A stretch of DNA of 64,000 bases from a phage, in the sequence record PQ374922.1. One strand, 5' to 3'. The position numbers and the translations under genes were made by a program. The notes below the pieces were generated by a model. It had not been told where the DNA came from and made no database searches. It worked only from the letters and a program-made list of their open reading frames with translations. Positions 28,825 to 37,565 of the stretch are shown here, piece by piece. Numbering within the stretch: position 1 is the first letter of the stretch; the number at the start of each line of letters is the position of its first letter.

Positions 28825-29676
28825 ATGAAACCTGAATTGCAAAAACTGTTTGAGGGCGTTAACGGCCTCAGCACCGACTTCTTGGATAAAGTGTCTGGTC
28901 TGCTGGAATCTAAAGTAGAAGCCGCTCGCCTGACCGCTATTCAAGAAACCGAAAACGCTGCCAATATTGAGCGCCTGCGTCTGGTTGAAGCTCATCAGGC
29001 TGAGATTGCTCAGCTGAAAGAGTCTCACTTGATGGAAATCGCGACGAAAGTCGATGGCTTCCTGAATGCTGTTGTAGAAGAGTGGGCTAACAAGAACGCT
29101 CCTGCAATCGATGCTCAGATCAAACGTGAAGCGGCTGAAAACCTGCTGACTGGCCTGACTGGTGTTCTGAAAGAAGCTGGTATTAACTTTGCCACCGACG
29201 AAAACGGCCAGATCGCTGCGTTGACTGCCCGCCTGGCCGAAGCAGAACAACGCGCTGCGGCTGCTGAAAGCGAAAACCGTCAAATCAAAGAAGCCGCGAA
29301 TGCGACTCTGCGTGACTCTGTGATCGCCCGTATCTGTGAAGGTATGGTCGATACCAAGAAAGCAACGGTTGTCAATCTGCTGGAAGCGGTGCAGTTCACC
29401 ACCGAAAGCGAATTCGCTTCCCGCGTACACACCTTCCGCAACCTGGTAGAAGGTAAGTCCGTGAAGAAAGAAGGCGATGACGATGACGATGACTTCCAGG
29501 ACAAAGTCGGCGGAAAAGACGGCGATGACGACAACAAAGATGTTAAAGCCGAAGGCAAAAAGCCTAAGAAAGAAGGCGATGAAGATGACGATGAAGATGA
29601 AACAGACAAAGAGCTGAAAGAATCTATCAAGCGTCAGTTGGCCGACTATAATCGTCGCTTCGGCATCAACGGCTAA
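28825..29676 (+). CDS. Prohead scaffolding protein, gp22-like
   Basis: Ala/Glu-rich coiled-coil protein with acidic poly-D/E C-terminal tract; position between protease and capsid genes. Confidence 0.7.
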   Translation: MKPELQKLFEGVNGLSTDFLDKVSGLLESKVEAARLTAIQETENAANIERLRLVEAHQAEIAQLKESHLMEIATKVDGFLNAVVEEWANKNAPAIDAQIKREAAENLLTGLTGVLKEAGINFATDENGQIAALTARLAEAEQRAAAAESENRQIKEAANATLRDSVIARICEGMVDTKKATVVNLLEAVQFTTESEFASRVHTFRNLVEGKSVKKEGDDDDDDFQDKVGGKDGDDDNKDVKAEGKKPKKEGDEDDDEDETDKELKESIKRQLADYNRRFGING

Positions 29677-29766
29677 TTTAGCAGCCACAGCCCTCGAAAG
29701 GGGGCTTGATTTTGAACTACTAAGTAATTTCAACTTAACTGAATATCAATGTAAGGAATGACCATC

Positions 29767-31089
29767 ATGGCTAAGAAACTTGTTACCGAACAAATGCGCG
29801 AGCAGTGGCTGCCAGTTCTTCAGAAAGAATCTGAAAGCATCCAGCCGCTTTCTGCCGAAAACGTTGCCGTCCGTCTGCTGCAAAACCAGGCTGAGTGGAA
29901 CGCCAAAAACCTGGGCGAATCCGACGCTCCTGGCTCCGTGAACGCCTCTGTGGGCAAATGGCAGCCAGTCCTGATCGACATGGCCAAACGTCTGGCTCCG
30001 GTCAACATCGCGATGGACTTCTTCGGCGTTCAGCCGCTGTCTGGTCCTGACGGTCAGATCTTCGCACTGCGTGCTCGCCAGGGTGTTGCAGACGGCTCCA
30101 ACACTACCCAGTCCCGCGCTGAGCTGTTCATGAACGAAGCCAACTCCGGTTACTCCGGTGACGATACTGCACAGGCTGGCGACCCATCTGGCTTCTCCCA
30201 GACTGAGATCGAAGGTTCCGGCGCTGCTACCACCACCATCGGTAAAGGCATGTCAACCTCCGACGCTGAACTGCTGGGCACCACCACCAACCCATGGGCA
30301 CGTGTTGGTATCACCGTTCAGAAAGCAACCGTGACTGCGAAGTCTCGCGGCCTGTACGCTGACTACAGCCACGAACTGCGCCAGGACATGATGGCGATCC
30401 ACGGCGAAGACGTTGACAGCATCCTGTCCGACGTGATGGTAACTGAAATTCAGGCAGAGATGAACCGTGAGTTTATCCGCACCATGAACTTCAGCGCAGT
30501 ACGCTTCAAAAAATTCGGCACCAACGGTATCGTAGACATCTCCACTGACATCTCCGGTCGTTGGGCGCTGGAAAAATGGAAGTACATGACTTTCATGCTG
30601 GAAGTTGAAGCGAACGGCATCGGTGTTGACACCCGTCGTGGTAAAGGCAACCGTGTTCTGTGTTCTCCGAACGTAGCATCCGCTCTGGCGATGTCCGGCA
30701 TGCTGGATTATGCTCCGGCGCTGCAGGAAAACACCAAGCTGGCGATTGATCCGACTGGCCAGACCTTCGCTGGTGTGCTGTCTAACGGTATGCGTGTCTA
30801 CATCGACCCGTATGCAGTAGCAGAATACATCACCCTGGCATACAAAGGCGCAACCGCGCTGGACGCTGGTATCTTCTTCGCACCGTATGTACCGCTGGAA
30901 ATGTACCGCACCCAGGGTGAAACCACCTTCGCACCACGTATGGCATTCAAGACCCGCTACGGGATTTGTGCTAACCCATTCGTTCAGATCCCAGCGAACC
31001 AGGATCCACAGGTCTATGTGACTGCGGATGGTATCGCCAAGGACACCAACGTGTACTTCCGTAAAGGGCTGATCAAAGGCCTGTTCTAA
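29767..31089 (+). CDS. Major capsid protein, gp23-like
   Basis: N-terminal FFGVQPLSGPDGQIFALRA and C-terminal GIFFAPYVPLE...FKTRYGICANPF match the T4 gp23 pattern; start chosen at second ATG for RBS spacing. Confidence 0.9.
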   Translation: MAKKLVTEQMREQWLPVLQKESESIQPLSAENVAVRLLQNQAEWNAKNLGESDAPGSVNASVGKWQPVLIDMAKRLAPVNIAMDFFGVQPLSGPDGQIFALRARQGVADGSNTTQSRAELFMNEANSGYSGDDTAQAGDPSGFSQTEIEGSGAATTTIGKGMSTSDAELLGTTTNPWARVGITVQKATVTAKSRGLYADYSHELRQDMMAIHGEDVDSILSDVMVTEIQAEMNREFIRTMNFSAVRFKKFGTNGIVDISTDISGRWALEKWKYMTFMLEVEANGIGVDTRRGKGNRVLCSPNVASALAMSGMLDYAPALQENTKLAIDPTGQTFAGVLSNGMRVYIDPYAVAEYITLAYKGATALDAGIFFAPYVPLEMYRTQGETTFAPRMAFKTRYGICANPFVQIPANQDPQVYVTADGIAKDTNVYFRKGLIKGLF

Positions 31090-31112
31090 TCGAACAGTTG
31101 TCCTTAACCCTG

Positions 31113-31140
31113 ACAAACCCCGCTTCGGCGGGGTTTTTAT
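31113..31140 (+). terminator. Rho-independent terminator (aaaccccgcttcggcggggttttt)
   Basis: Strong hairpin plus T-tract after the capsid gene. Confidence 0.75.
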
Positions 31141-31193
31141 TTGTTCATATTATCGAACAGGTTATACTAGATACCATATGGAGGAGAATAATT

Positions 31194-32666
31194 ATGTATC
31201 AGGTAATCTGTAGTGTCTGCCATGAACAGTTCAAAGCATCCAGGAAAGATAAGAAATTTTGTTCAGATGCTTGCAAGACCTTCGCATCGAACACCCTAAA
31301 GAACCTCCCGGAAGGTTTCCTTGAAGCAGTGAATGAATTGTCTGACGAGGAATCATATCGCCAATTTTTCTACAAATATATGTTCACCAAGAACAACAAA
31401 TTGGATATCCAAAAATGCAAATCTGAACTGCTTATGAAGCACATCAATGTAGACCTTTTAGTGTTCGCCAATACCCACAACACCCTACAAGATTTGGCTT
31501 GTAAAGTCACAGCTTGGCTGTACAATAGAACCGTGAAAATATGCCCGGTGTGTTCCAAGGAAACCAACTTTTATATCAATAATAAAGATTACAGAACATA
31601 TTGTTCTGAAGAATGTTATCAGGTTTCTATGTGTAAAGGTGGGATTGGTCGGAAAGCCATAGAGAATTCGAATATATCCAAATACGGAAGCTGCTCCACA
31701 CTACAATTACCTGGTGTGAGGGAGAAGGCGTTGGCAACGTTACAAGAACGTTATGGTGTTGACAACCCTATGAAAAATTCGAACATACTAAAACGTGCGT
31801 TGTTCAGCAATGGTTCTATCAGGAACAAGAAATCTTCTTATGAAAAGGAAATATCCGAGTTTCTCACCTCAATGGGAGTTGTAAACACTGTTTCTGATTA
31901 CAGTATATTATCCGGTAAACAACTGGATATCTATTGCCCTGAACACAAATTGGCGATTGAATTTAATGGCCTGTACTGGCATTCAGAAGTTTTTAAAGAG
32001 AAACATTATCACCTGGAAAAGACTGAAATATGTGAAACTCAGGGTATCCAGTTGATCCACATCTGGGAAGATGAATGGGTTGAGAAACAGGAAGTGGTAA
32101 AATCTCTTCTGAAAGCTAAACTTGGAATTAAAACGCCTGCGTCATATGCTCGCCAACACAAAGTCGTTTGGGGAAATATAAGCGGCTTGAGGGAGTTTTT
32201 AGACAACCACCACATACAAGGTTCCGTTTCTTCCACCCACCATTTGTCGTTAATTGACAAGAGTGGGGCCATACAAGCCGTGATGCTATTCACTAAAAGG
32301 AAAGATGGCCTGGAATTAGTCAGATTTGCCTCTAATGATTGCCACGGGGCATTCAGTAAACTTCTTTCACACTTCAGAAGAAAATTTACCGGCACCAAAA
32401 TCTATTCCTTTGGGGATAGGTGTGTTGTAAGCAGGTTGTCCAACATTTACCTATCCCACGGATTCGTAGAAGAGGAAGTACAGAAGCCAGACTACAAATA
32501 TCACAAGCCTGGCACATTTATGCGTGAGCACAAATTCGGTTTCAGAAAAGGTTCATTTGCTCGCATGGGGTATGACGTAGAAGGCAAAACAGAAAGCCAA
32601 TTAGCAACCGAAGCCGGGTTGGTCAGGATTTGGAATTGTGGACTGATCAAATATGTCTTGAACTAA
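31194..32666 (+). CDS. Zinc-ribbon protein with Vsr/DUF559-like endonuclease motif; putative homing-endonuclease-like selfish gene
   Basis: Two CxxC...CxxxC ribbons (CSVCHEQ..FCSDAC; CPVCSKE..YCSEEC); nuclease-like AIEFNGLYWHSE...IHIWEDEW; AT-rich; RBS ggaggag. Confidence 0.6.
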   Translation: MYQVICSVCHEQFKASRKDKKFCSDACKTFASNTLKNLPEGFLEAVNELSDEESYRQFFYKYMFTKNNKLDIQKCKSELLMKHINVDLLVFANTHNTLQDLACKVTAWLYNRTVKICPVCSKETNFYINNKDYRTYCSEECYQVSMCKGGIGRKAIENSNISKYGSCSTLQLPGVREKALATLQERYGVDNPMKNSNILKRALFSNGSIRNKKSSYEKEISEFLTSMGVVNTVSDYSILSGKQLDIYCPEHKLAIEFNGLYWHSEVFKEKHYHLEKTEICETQGIQLIHIWEDEWVEKQEVVKSLLKAKLGIKTPASYARQHKVVWGNISGLREFLDNHHIQGSVSSTHHLSLIDKSGAIQAVMLFTKRKDGLELVRFASNDCHGAFSKLLSHFRRKFTGTKIYSFGDRCVVSRLSNIYLSHGFVEEEVQKPDYKYHKPGTFMREHKFGFRKGSFARMGYDVEGKTESQLATEAGLVRIWNCGLIKYVLN

Positions 32667-32674
32667 AAGAACAT

Positions 32675-32700
32675 TTCAATAACGGGGCGAAAGGTATCAT
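32675..32700 (+). promoter_or_regulatory. Candidate middle-type promoter: TTCAATAA box, 12-nt spacer, TATCAT
   Basis: Recurring TTCAATAA-N12-TAnnnT arrangement about 30 nt upstream of ATG 32730. Confidence 0.4.
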
Positions 32701-32729
32701 TACCCTCTCTATTAATCGAGGAAATCGCA

Positions 32730-32930
32730 ATGAGCCTGAAAGAAGATTCTGTAAACACCACAGTCGCCAACTCCACCTTCCGTGAGTGGCACGACGTATT
32801 ATGTAAAGTCGCGAAAAGCCAGGGTGGTTCAGCCGCCGACGCCGACGCCTGGCGTGATGACTACGAAGCGGGCAAGACACCTCGCCAGTCTTGGGAAGAT
32901 GAATGGGGTTGGGAAGAACAAGAAGGATAA
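32730..32930 (+). CDS. Small acidic Trp-rich hypothetical protein (66 aa)
   Basis: RBS gaggaaa; product unrecognised. Confidence 0.45.
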   Translation: MSLKEDSVNTTVANSTFREWHDVLCKVAKSQGGSAADADAWRDDYEAGKTPRQSWEDEWGWEEQEG

Positions 32931-32935
32931 CAGTT

Positions 32936-32961
32936 TTCAATAACGGGGTGAGAGGTATTAT
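32936..32961 (+). promoter_or_regulatory. Candidate middle-type promoter: TTCAATAA box, 12-nt spacer, TATTAT, with the -10 inside a hairpin
   Basis: Same box arrangement; arms acgggg and ccccgt flank the TATTAT. Confidence 0.4.
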
Positions 32962-32990
32962 TGCCCCGTCTACTATCCGAGGGTTGTACC

Positions 32991-33215
32991 ATGTACTTGA
33001 AAAAGATCGTGAAGAAGCCGAAAGCCGGTGTTGCCGAGGTGCGCCTCATCGAGGTTTACGTTGATTCTTGTAACAATGAGCAGTGTTACTTCATGGTCGA
33101 CACGATGGTGTATGTGCCAGCCTCTCACCTGAACCGTGATTTCGTCACAACCGAAAATGTCGTCCGCTGGGAGATTGCAACGCAGTCCGATATCGACGAA
33201 CACAACATTCTTTGA
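32991..33215 (+). CDS. Hypothetical protein (74 aa)
   Basis: First ATG in frame with RBS gaggg; ORF track begins at TTG 32961. Confidence 0.45.
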   Translation: MYLKKIVKKPKAGVAEVRLIEVYVDSCNNEQCYFMVDTMVYVPASHLNRDFVTTENVVRWEIATQSDIDEHNIL

Positions 33216-33232
33216 AAGGAAGGATCTATATC

Positions 33233-33676
33233 ATGTGTAACAAGAATTTCATTTTCATTAGTCCCGCCAAGAAACAGTTCTTCCGTAGCTCCGTTGGGGA
33301 CAAGGTGGAAGGTTTCCGTAAATTCAAAGATTATCGCCTGGCATGTGGTGATGTTGATTTTCAGAGTTTCGACAATGATCGCCAGGATTTGAACGATGAG
33401 GGTTGGACAGAAGTTCCATCCCCTCAGTATATCCATATCAAGCTGTACTACATGAAGGACAGCGGGAAGTATTATTCTGAAGGTGAACTCGTCCTCAATC
33501 GTGGAGAGGCTGAAGCTGAACCTGCTAAGTCCTGGATGGACACTATGGATAAAATCCGATATCTACTCGACTCAGGCAATTTGCCCGGTTTGGTTAAAGG
33601 TGCCCGGTACGAGGTCTTCGTGACCGGAGAAGGGCATCCAGGTGGTTATCCACAACTGTTCCGCATTAACAACTGA
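33233..33676 (+). CDS. Hypothetical protein (147 aa)
   Basis: RBS aaaggaagga; ORF track begins at TTG 33212. Confidence 0.5.
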   Translation: MCNKNFIFISPAKKQFFRSSVGDKVEGFRKFKDYRLACGDVDFQSFDNDRQDLNDEGWTEVPSPQYIHIKLYYMKDSGKYYSEGELVLNRGEAEAEPAKSWMDTMDKIRYLLDSGNLPGLVKGARYEVFVTGEGHPGGYPQLFRINN

Positions 33677-33684
33677 GGTTAAAC

Positions 33685-33921
33685 ATGATTATCAAAAAGA
33701 TCGGCGCAAGTCCTCTCACTGGTACTATATTCCAGGGCAGGTTGAACACCAAAACCAGCATGTGGGTTGGTGAGAAGACCGACGTGACAGATGACTGCGT
33801 GGCAGCTGTAGCTGAACACTTGCGTCACATCAAGAAAGACTATTGCTTCCCAACGACGGATGGTAAGTTTCTGGTGCTGAGCGCCGAGGTTCACGACACC
33901 CTTCCTGATCGCTTCAAATAA
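33685..33921 (+). CDS. Hypothetical protein (78 aa)
   Basis: RBS gagg; followed by hairpin acgggg...ccccgt. Confidence 0.5.
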   Translation: MIIKKIGASPLTGTIFQGRLNTKTSMWVGEKTDVTDDCVAAVAEHLRHIKKDYCFPTTDGKFLVLSAEVHDTLPDRFK

Positions 33922-34123
33922 ATTTTAAATTTATTCAATAAACGGGGTTTAATTCTTCAATAAACCCCGTATACTTCATTCCATAAGCAGCACAACACTG
34001 ACTCTGAAATGAAGGGACTATCACCAATCTCGTTACAAAGTAACATTGCAGCAATTTGTTCTAAACCTTTGAACAGGGTATGTTAACCGCATACCCTATC
34101 CCCTACAAATAGAGGACTTTACC

Positions 34124-34468
34124 ATGGCAGCAGACACCAAACTGAACAAATCCGTGGAGATCCCCCACATCGTCAAATTCGAAAAGCCGAGTGAGCGCAA
34201 GCCACGCAAAACGCGCCGCCTGGTCACCAAGCTGGATCTTCTGAAACAGAAGTTCGGCGACCACAGCGTGTTCACTCGCATTCGAAATGCAATAAAGGAA
34301 GGGCGAACTGAGCTGGAGCTATATCGACCGAACGGTTCGACACGCGCGTATCAGACCACTGACGGCTTACTGGAACTGATCCGCCTGAGCGGGATGACGA
34401 TCGAACCGCGTTCGTCAGGCACTCCTCTGTGCTCCCTGTACGTAATCGGCAATCTTGGGGCGCTGTGA
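34124..34468 (+). CDS. Hypothetical basic protein (114 aa)
   Basis: RBS agagga; Lys/Arg-rich N-terminal half. Confidence 0.5.
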   Translation: MAADTKLNKSVEIPHIVKFEKPSERKPRKTRRLVTKLDLLKQKFGDHSVFTRIRNAIKEGRTELELYRPNGSTRAYQTTDGLLELIRLSGMTIEPRSSGTPLCSLYVIGNLGAL

Positions 34469-34473
34469 GTTCT

Positions 34474-34896
34474 ATGAAGAAGTATATCGTTCTCATTACG
34501 GGTTCCCGCTCAATCACCGAGCGGGATAAGGTATTCGCCAAGCTGGACGAACTCCTCGATCCTCATGAGGTCTATACACTGATTGAGGGTGAAGCCTCTG
34601 GTGTGGACAAGATTTGCCGTGACTGGGCTGAAATCAATTATGTTCATATCACTCCTATGCCAATACCTCCGAGCTATTATGAAAAGTATGGGAAAGGGAT
34701 GGGCAACAAACGCAATCAGGACATGTTAGACAAGGCATTGGATCTCGTCAGGCAGACCAAGCTGGAAGTGTATCCGATTGCGATGTGGGATGGTTCGTCC
34801 ACTGGCACCCTGGACATGATCAACCGTTGCAAGAAAGCTGGCCTCCCTGTGGATATCACTCTAATGGGTAAGCCGAAGACCAAGCGCCTTTTGTAA
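34474..34896 (+). CDS. SLOG/LOG-like (Rossmann-fold, DUF2493-like) nucleotide-binding protein
   Basis: YIVLITGSR...EGEASGVDK...WDGSSTGTLDMI motifs typical of LOG/SLOG nucleotide-processing domains. Confidence 0.5.
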   Translation: MKKYIVLITGSRSITERDKVFAKLDELLDPHEVYTLIEGEASGVDKICRDWAEINYVHITPMPIPPSYYEKYGKGMGNKRNQDMLDKALDLVRQTKLEVYPIAMWDGSSTGTLDMINRCKKAGLPVDITLMGKPKTKRLL

Positions 34897-34937
34897 CATA
34901 TCATAAATAATTTGAGTATACACAGCGGAGATACATC

Positions 34938-35108
34938 ATGTTTGTCGTCATCAATCTGTTCTGTTACATCTTCACGGCGTACTTCTTGGGCGCGGTAGGG
35001 ATTGAGACCTACAATGACCTGAAGGATGGGGAATACGCCAACCGAATGGTTTATGTCAAGAAGTTTGTTCGTAAGTTCTGGTCCAACTTCGTTTACAAAC
35101 TACCATGA
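34938..35108 (+). CDS. Small hydrophobic protein (56 aa, one predicted TM helix)
   Basis: ATG preceded by ggag; below ORF-track cut-off; MFVVINLFCYIFTAYFLGAVG hydrophobic N-terminus. Confidence 0.35.
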   Translation: MFVVINLFCYIFTAYFLGAVGIETYNDLKDGEYANRMVYVKKFVRKFWSNFVYKLP

Positions 35109-35111
35109 TCC

Positions 35112-35122
35112 CTAAATACCCC
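35112..35122 (+). promoter_or_regulatory. Late-promoter-like motif CTAAATACCCC with complementary ATGGGGGTAT hairpin arm
   Basis: Exact box about 25 nt upstream of ATG 35147. Confidence 0.55.
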
Positions 35123-35146
35123 CATCATCCATGGGGGTATTTTCTT

Positions 35147-35875
35147 ATGAACACACAGATCTATGACGCCCTATCACAGGGCAACGCCTTTACCAATCCT
35201 CTCCCGTCCCTCAGCAGCGCCTCACAGGGGTTAATCACCAGTGGTAAGGCGACTACAGCGTCACTGGCTAACACCGGAAATGCGCAGATTCAGGAAGCGC
35301 TGACGGCAGGTGGGTTGACTACAGCCAAACTCAACGAATCTACAGCAATGTTCAACTCAGCCAACAACAGCATCACTACTTTGAACAACTATGGCGACCA
35401 GTCAGTGAACGAGGCATATTCCCGCATCGGTACATCTGTGTCGTATAAGTCCGCCCTGAAGTCTATAGGTCGAGAACCGAACAACTGTGATCTGATCAAT
35501 AATGCATTTGGGGTTATTCAGAACCTCGGCAAACAGTGGATCAACACCATGCAAAGTGTTCTCACAACTATCACAAACAAGATGAATGAGCTGGCTGAGT
35601 TGGTAGCTCAGGGTGTCAGTGCTGGTCTTGATGCTATTCGGGCACTGGCTGCTGAAGTTACTCAAGCCATCGACACTGCTGTCGCATCAGTAGCCTCTAT
35701 TGCTCAGGACATCACGAACGGTATTGCAGCAGAGTTAGCCCATATCCAAGACATGGTTGGTAAGTGTCTTAACTTCTCTTTTGCCAACGTGATCTCAGAG
35801 TGGGCGAAAGATATCTGCGCCGGAGGTGTCATCAACAGCATTGGTTCCGATAATCTGAAGAACGCGCTGAAGTAA
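35147..35875 (+). CDS. Ser/Thr/Asn/Ala-rich hypothetical late protein (243 aa), possibly virion-associated
   Basis: Late-promoter box directly upstream; low-complexity alpha-helical-looking sequence; start chosen downstream of the promoter box (ORF track ATG 35105 overlaps the box). Confidence 0.5.
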   Translation: MNTQIYDALSQGNAFTNPLPSLSSASQGLITSGKATTASLANTGNAQIQEALTAGGLTTAKLNESTAMFNSANNSITTLNNYGDQSVNEAYSRIGTSVSYKSALKSIGREPNNCDLINNAFGVIQNLGKQWINTMQSVLTTITNKMNELAELVAQGVSAGLDAIRALAAEVTQAIDTAVASVASIAQDITNGIAAELAHIQDMVGKCLNFSFANVISEWAKDICAGGVINSIGSDNLKNALK

Positions 35876-36283
35876 TCAGTGCTCCCGCGCCGGAAGAACT
35901 CCCACTGGTTCGATGCCATCCAACAGCAGGGAGTTCACACCCACATTACTCAGTCTGATCAAGATCGTTCCCCCTGGGTTAACTTCAAAGATACTCATCC
36001 CATTTCCAACCGCGTCGTTGTTAACGAACACACCCTGAGTTGCGATTCGTACTGGTTTATCTGAGTCATTCATGATCTTGAACGTCACGATTATATCTGA
36101 TGTTGTATCCAGTCGCCCAACCATGTGTTGCTTCAGCTTGGCATGGAATGATGGATTAAAAGTGATAATGATGCTGTTATTCTGAGAGTAATAAATACTT
36201 GCTGATAGGTATGGAATCTTCCCTTCATCGCCATGCCGCAGGAGAGGAATTGTGGTCTTCCAGTATGGCTTGAGGGTGCTCAT
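35876..36283 (-). CDS. Hypothetical protein on minus strand (about 135 aa; start uncertain)
   Basis: Only the C-terminal part of the 271-codon antisense ORF looks protein-like; convergent with the gene ending 35875; weak RBS. Confidence 0.3.
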   Translation of the reverse strand: MSTLKPYWKTTIPLLRHGDEGKIPYLSASIYYSQNNSIIITFNPSFHAKLKQHMVGRLDTTSDIIVTFKIMNDSDKPVRIATQGVFVNNDAVGNGMSIFEVNPGGTILIRLSNVGVNSLLLDGIEPVGVLPAREH

Positions 36284-36554
36284 GTTCTCATCAAAGCAAC
36301 CTAAAGGTACGAGCTTCTGGAAGGGCTGGAACTCTTGCACGATGATGTCCAGCATACCCTTGTTACAAGTGGGAACGCTGGCCGACAACGTCACAGGTAC
36401 AGTGCGCACTTCTGGGTTCCAGAGTTCGGAAACAGAAATTATTGGCGTGACAAAGATGCGACAGCTCGTAAACAAGAGCATCGAGCATGCCAACAACAAT
36501 CTACTGATCCCGCGCATCAGGGTCACAAAATATCTCCACAGCAAAGGTGCTATT

Positions 36555-37067
36555 ATGTCCAACGTACAATTTAAGAACGAAAACCCTAATTTCGCGGCGT
36601 CCGATAAGTGGCGTCTGACTATCGGAGACCTTGTACTCCTAACCCGTAACATCCACGACTTCAGTATACCAGGGGTGTACTCCGAAGGCATCGATGGTCC
36701 GTCTCCTGGTGACGTGTTGGTTTCTATACCTTCAGAGCGTTTAACCTATGATCCCGTCGTATTTACTTTCGTTATAGACGAGGACTGGAAATCATGGTTA
36801 CAGATCCACCAATGGATTACCAGCAACGTCGGCAAGGATTTGCCTGTCAGCAAGGACATTACCATTGAATTGCTGGATAACCTCAACCGACCGATTGGCC
36901 TCACTCTCGTGCTGGAGGAAGCCCGCCCGACTGCTTTGGACAACGTACTGGTGGACGTAGACGCAGCTGTACCTCAGCTGGTGACGACAGTGACCTTCAA
37001 GTTCCAACAGCTGGTTCCACTATCTGGTGGGAAGGCGATTGATTCTAATCCGCGAAATGCGGTATAA
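36555..37067 (+). CDS. Tail-tube-fold paralogue (gp19-like), possibly a baseplate tube component such as gp48/gp54
   Basis: C-terminal ITIELLDNLNRPIGLTLVLEEARPTALDNVLVDVDAAVPQLVTTVTFKFQ aligns by eye with the tube protein at 25283; start chosen at ATG 36555. Confidence 0.6.
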   Translation: MSNVQFKNENPNFAASDKWRLTIGDLVLLTRNIHDFSIPGVYSEGIDGPSPGDVLVSIPSERLTYDPVVFTFVIDEDWKSWLQIHQWITSNVGKDLPVSKDITIELLDNLNRPIGLTLVLEEARPTALDNVLVDVDAAVPQLVTTVTFKFQQLVPLSGGKAIDSNPRNAV

Positions 37068-37097
37068 TTCTATGACATTGACAAGCTGGGATATTTT

Positions 37098-37550
37098 ATG
37101 AAAGAACAACTACAGACAATGGCTACCGAGGACATCATGAACGAACTGGAGCCGCTGATCACAGTGGACCCAGAAGACATGAACCTTGACCAGATCTCAC
37201 TGAAAATCGGGCGCTCTTGGATGGCTGTACAGCGGCATTATCTGCGCGAGGGGCGTTATCTTGAATTTCTCAACGGGCGCTTCCGCCAGATCGATCTCTA
37301 TCTGCGCCGCTACTATGCAGGGGAGTTACCCCCTAACATCTACGCAGAGCGCCCCCTGAAGGTTCGCCCCCTGAAGTCTGACCTAGATACATGGGTCAAA
37401 GCAGACGATGACTATGTGGAGTTGTCTGTTCTGTTACAAGAACAAAAAGCAAAAGTCAAGTTCATAGAGACTTGTTTGGATCGCCTGAACAAACTGGGAT
37501 ACGAAGTGAAAAATGCTATTGAGTGGAGAAAATATATTGATGGTGTATAA
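37098..37550 (+). CDS. uvsY: Recombination mediator, UvsY-like
   Basis: 150 aa; segment YYAGELPPNIYAERPLKVRPLKSDLDTWVKADDDYVELSVLLQE resembles the T4 UvsY core; lies two genes upstream of uvsW as in T4. Confidence 0.65.
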   Translation: MKEQLQTMATEDIMNELEPLITVDPEDMNLDQISLKIGRSWMAVQRHYLREGRYLEFLNGRFRQIDLYLRRYYAGELPPNIYAERPLKVRPLKSDLDTWVKADDDYVELSVLLQEQKAKVKFIETCLDRLNKLGYEVKNAIEWRKYIDGV

Positions 37551-37565
37551 CGAGGATCACACATA

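Noticed and set aside
29460-29620. Repetitive GAT/GAC/GAA-rich tract that looks like a simple-sequence repeat
   Set aside because: It is in frame within the scaffold gene and encodes its acidic tail; not a non-coding repeat.
28726-29733. 335-codon minus-strand ORF overlapping the scaffold gene
   Set aside because: Antisense to a well-supported T4-like scaffold gene; translation is a low-complexity mirror of the poly-D/E and Ala-rich coiled coil.
36252-37067. Full 271-codon version of the tube-paralogue ORF starting at GTG 36252
   Set aside because: The N-terminal 100 codons use rare codons and have no tube-fold similarity; the ATG at 36555 has an RBS and yields a protein colinear with the tail tube.
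37063-37100. TTGACA and TATAAT-like hexamers upstream of uvsY
   Set aside because: The spacing between the two hexamers is far from 17 bp and the TATAAT overlaps the upstream stop codon; not a credible sigma70 promoter.
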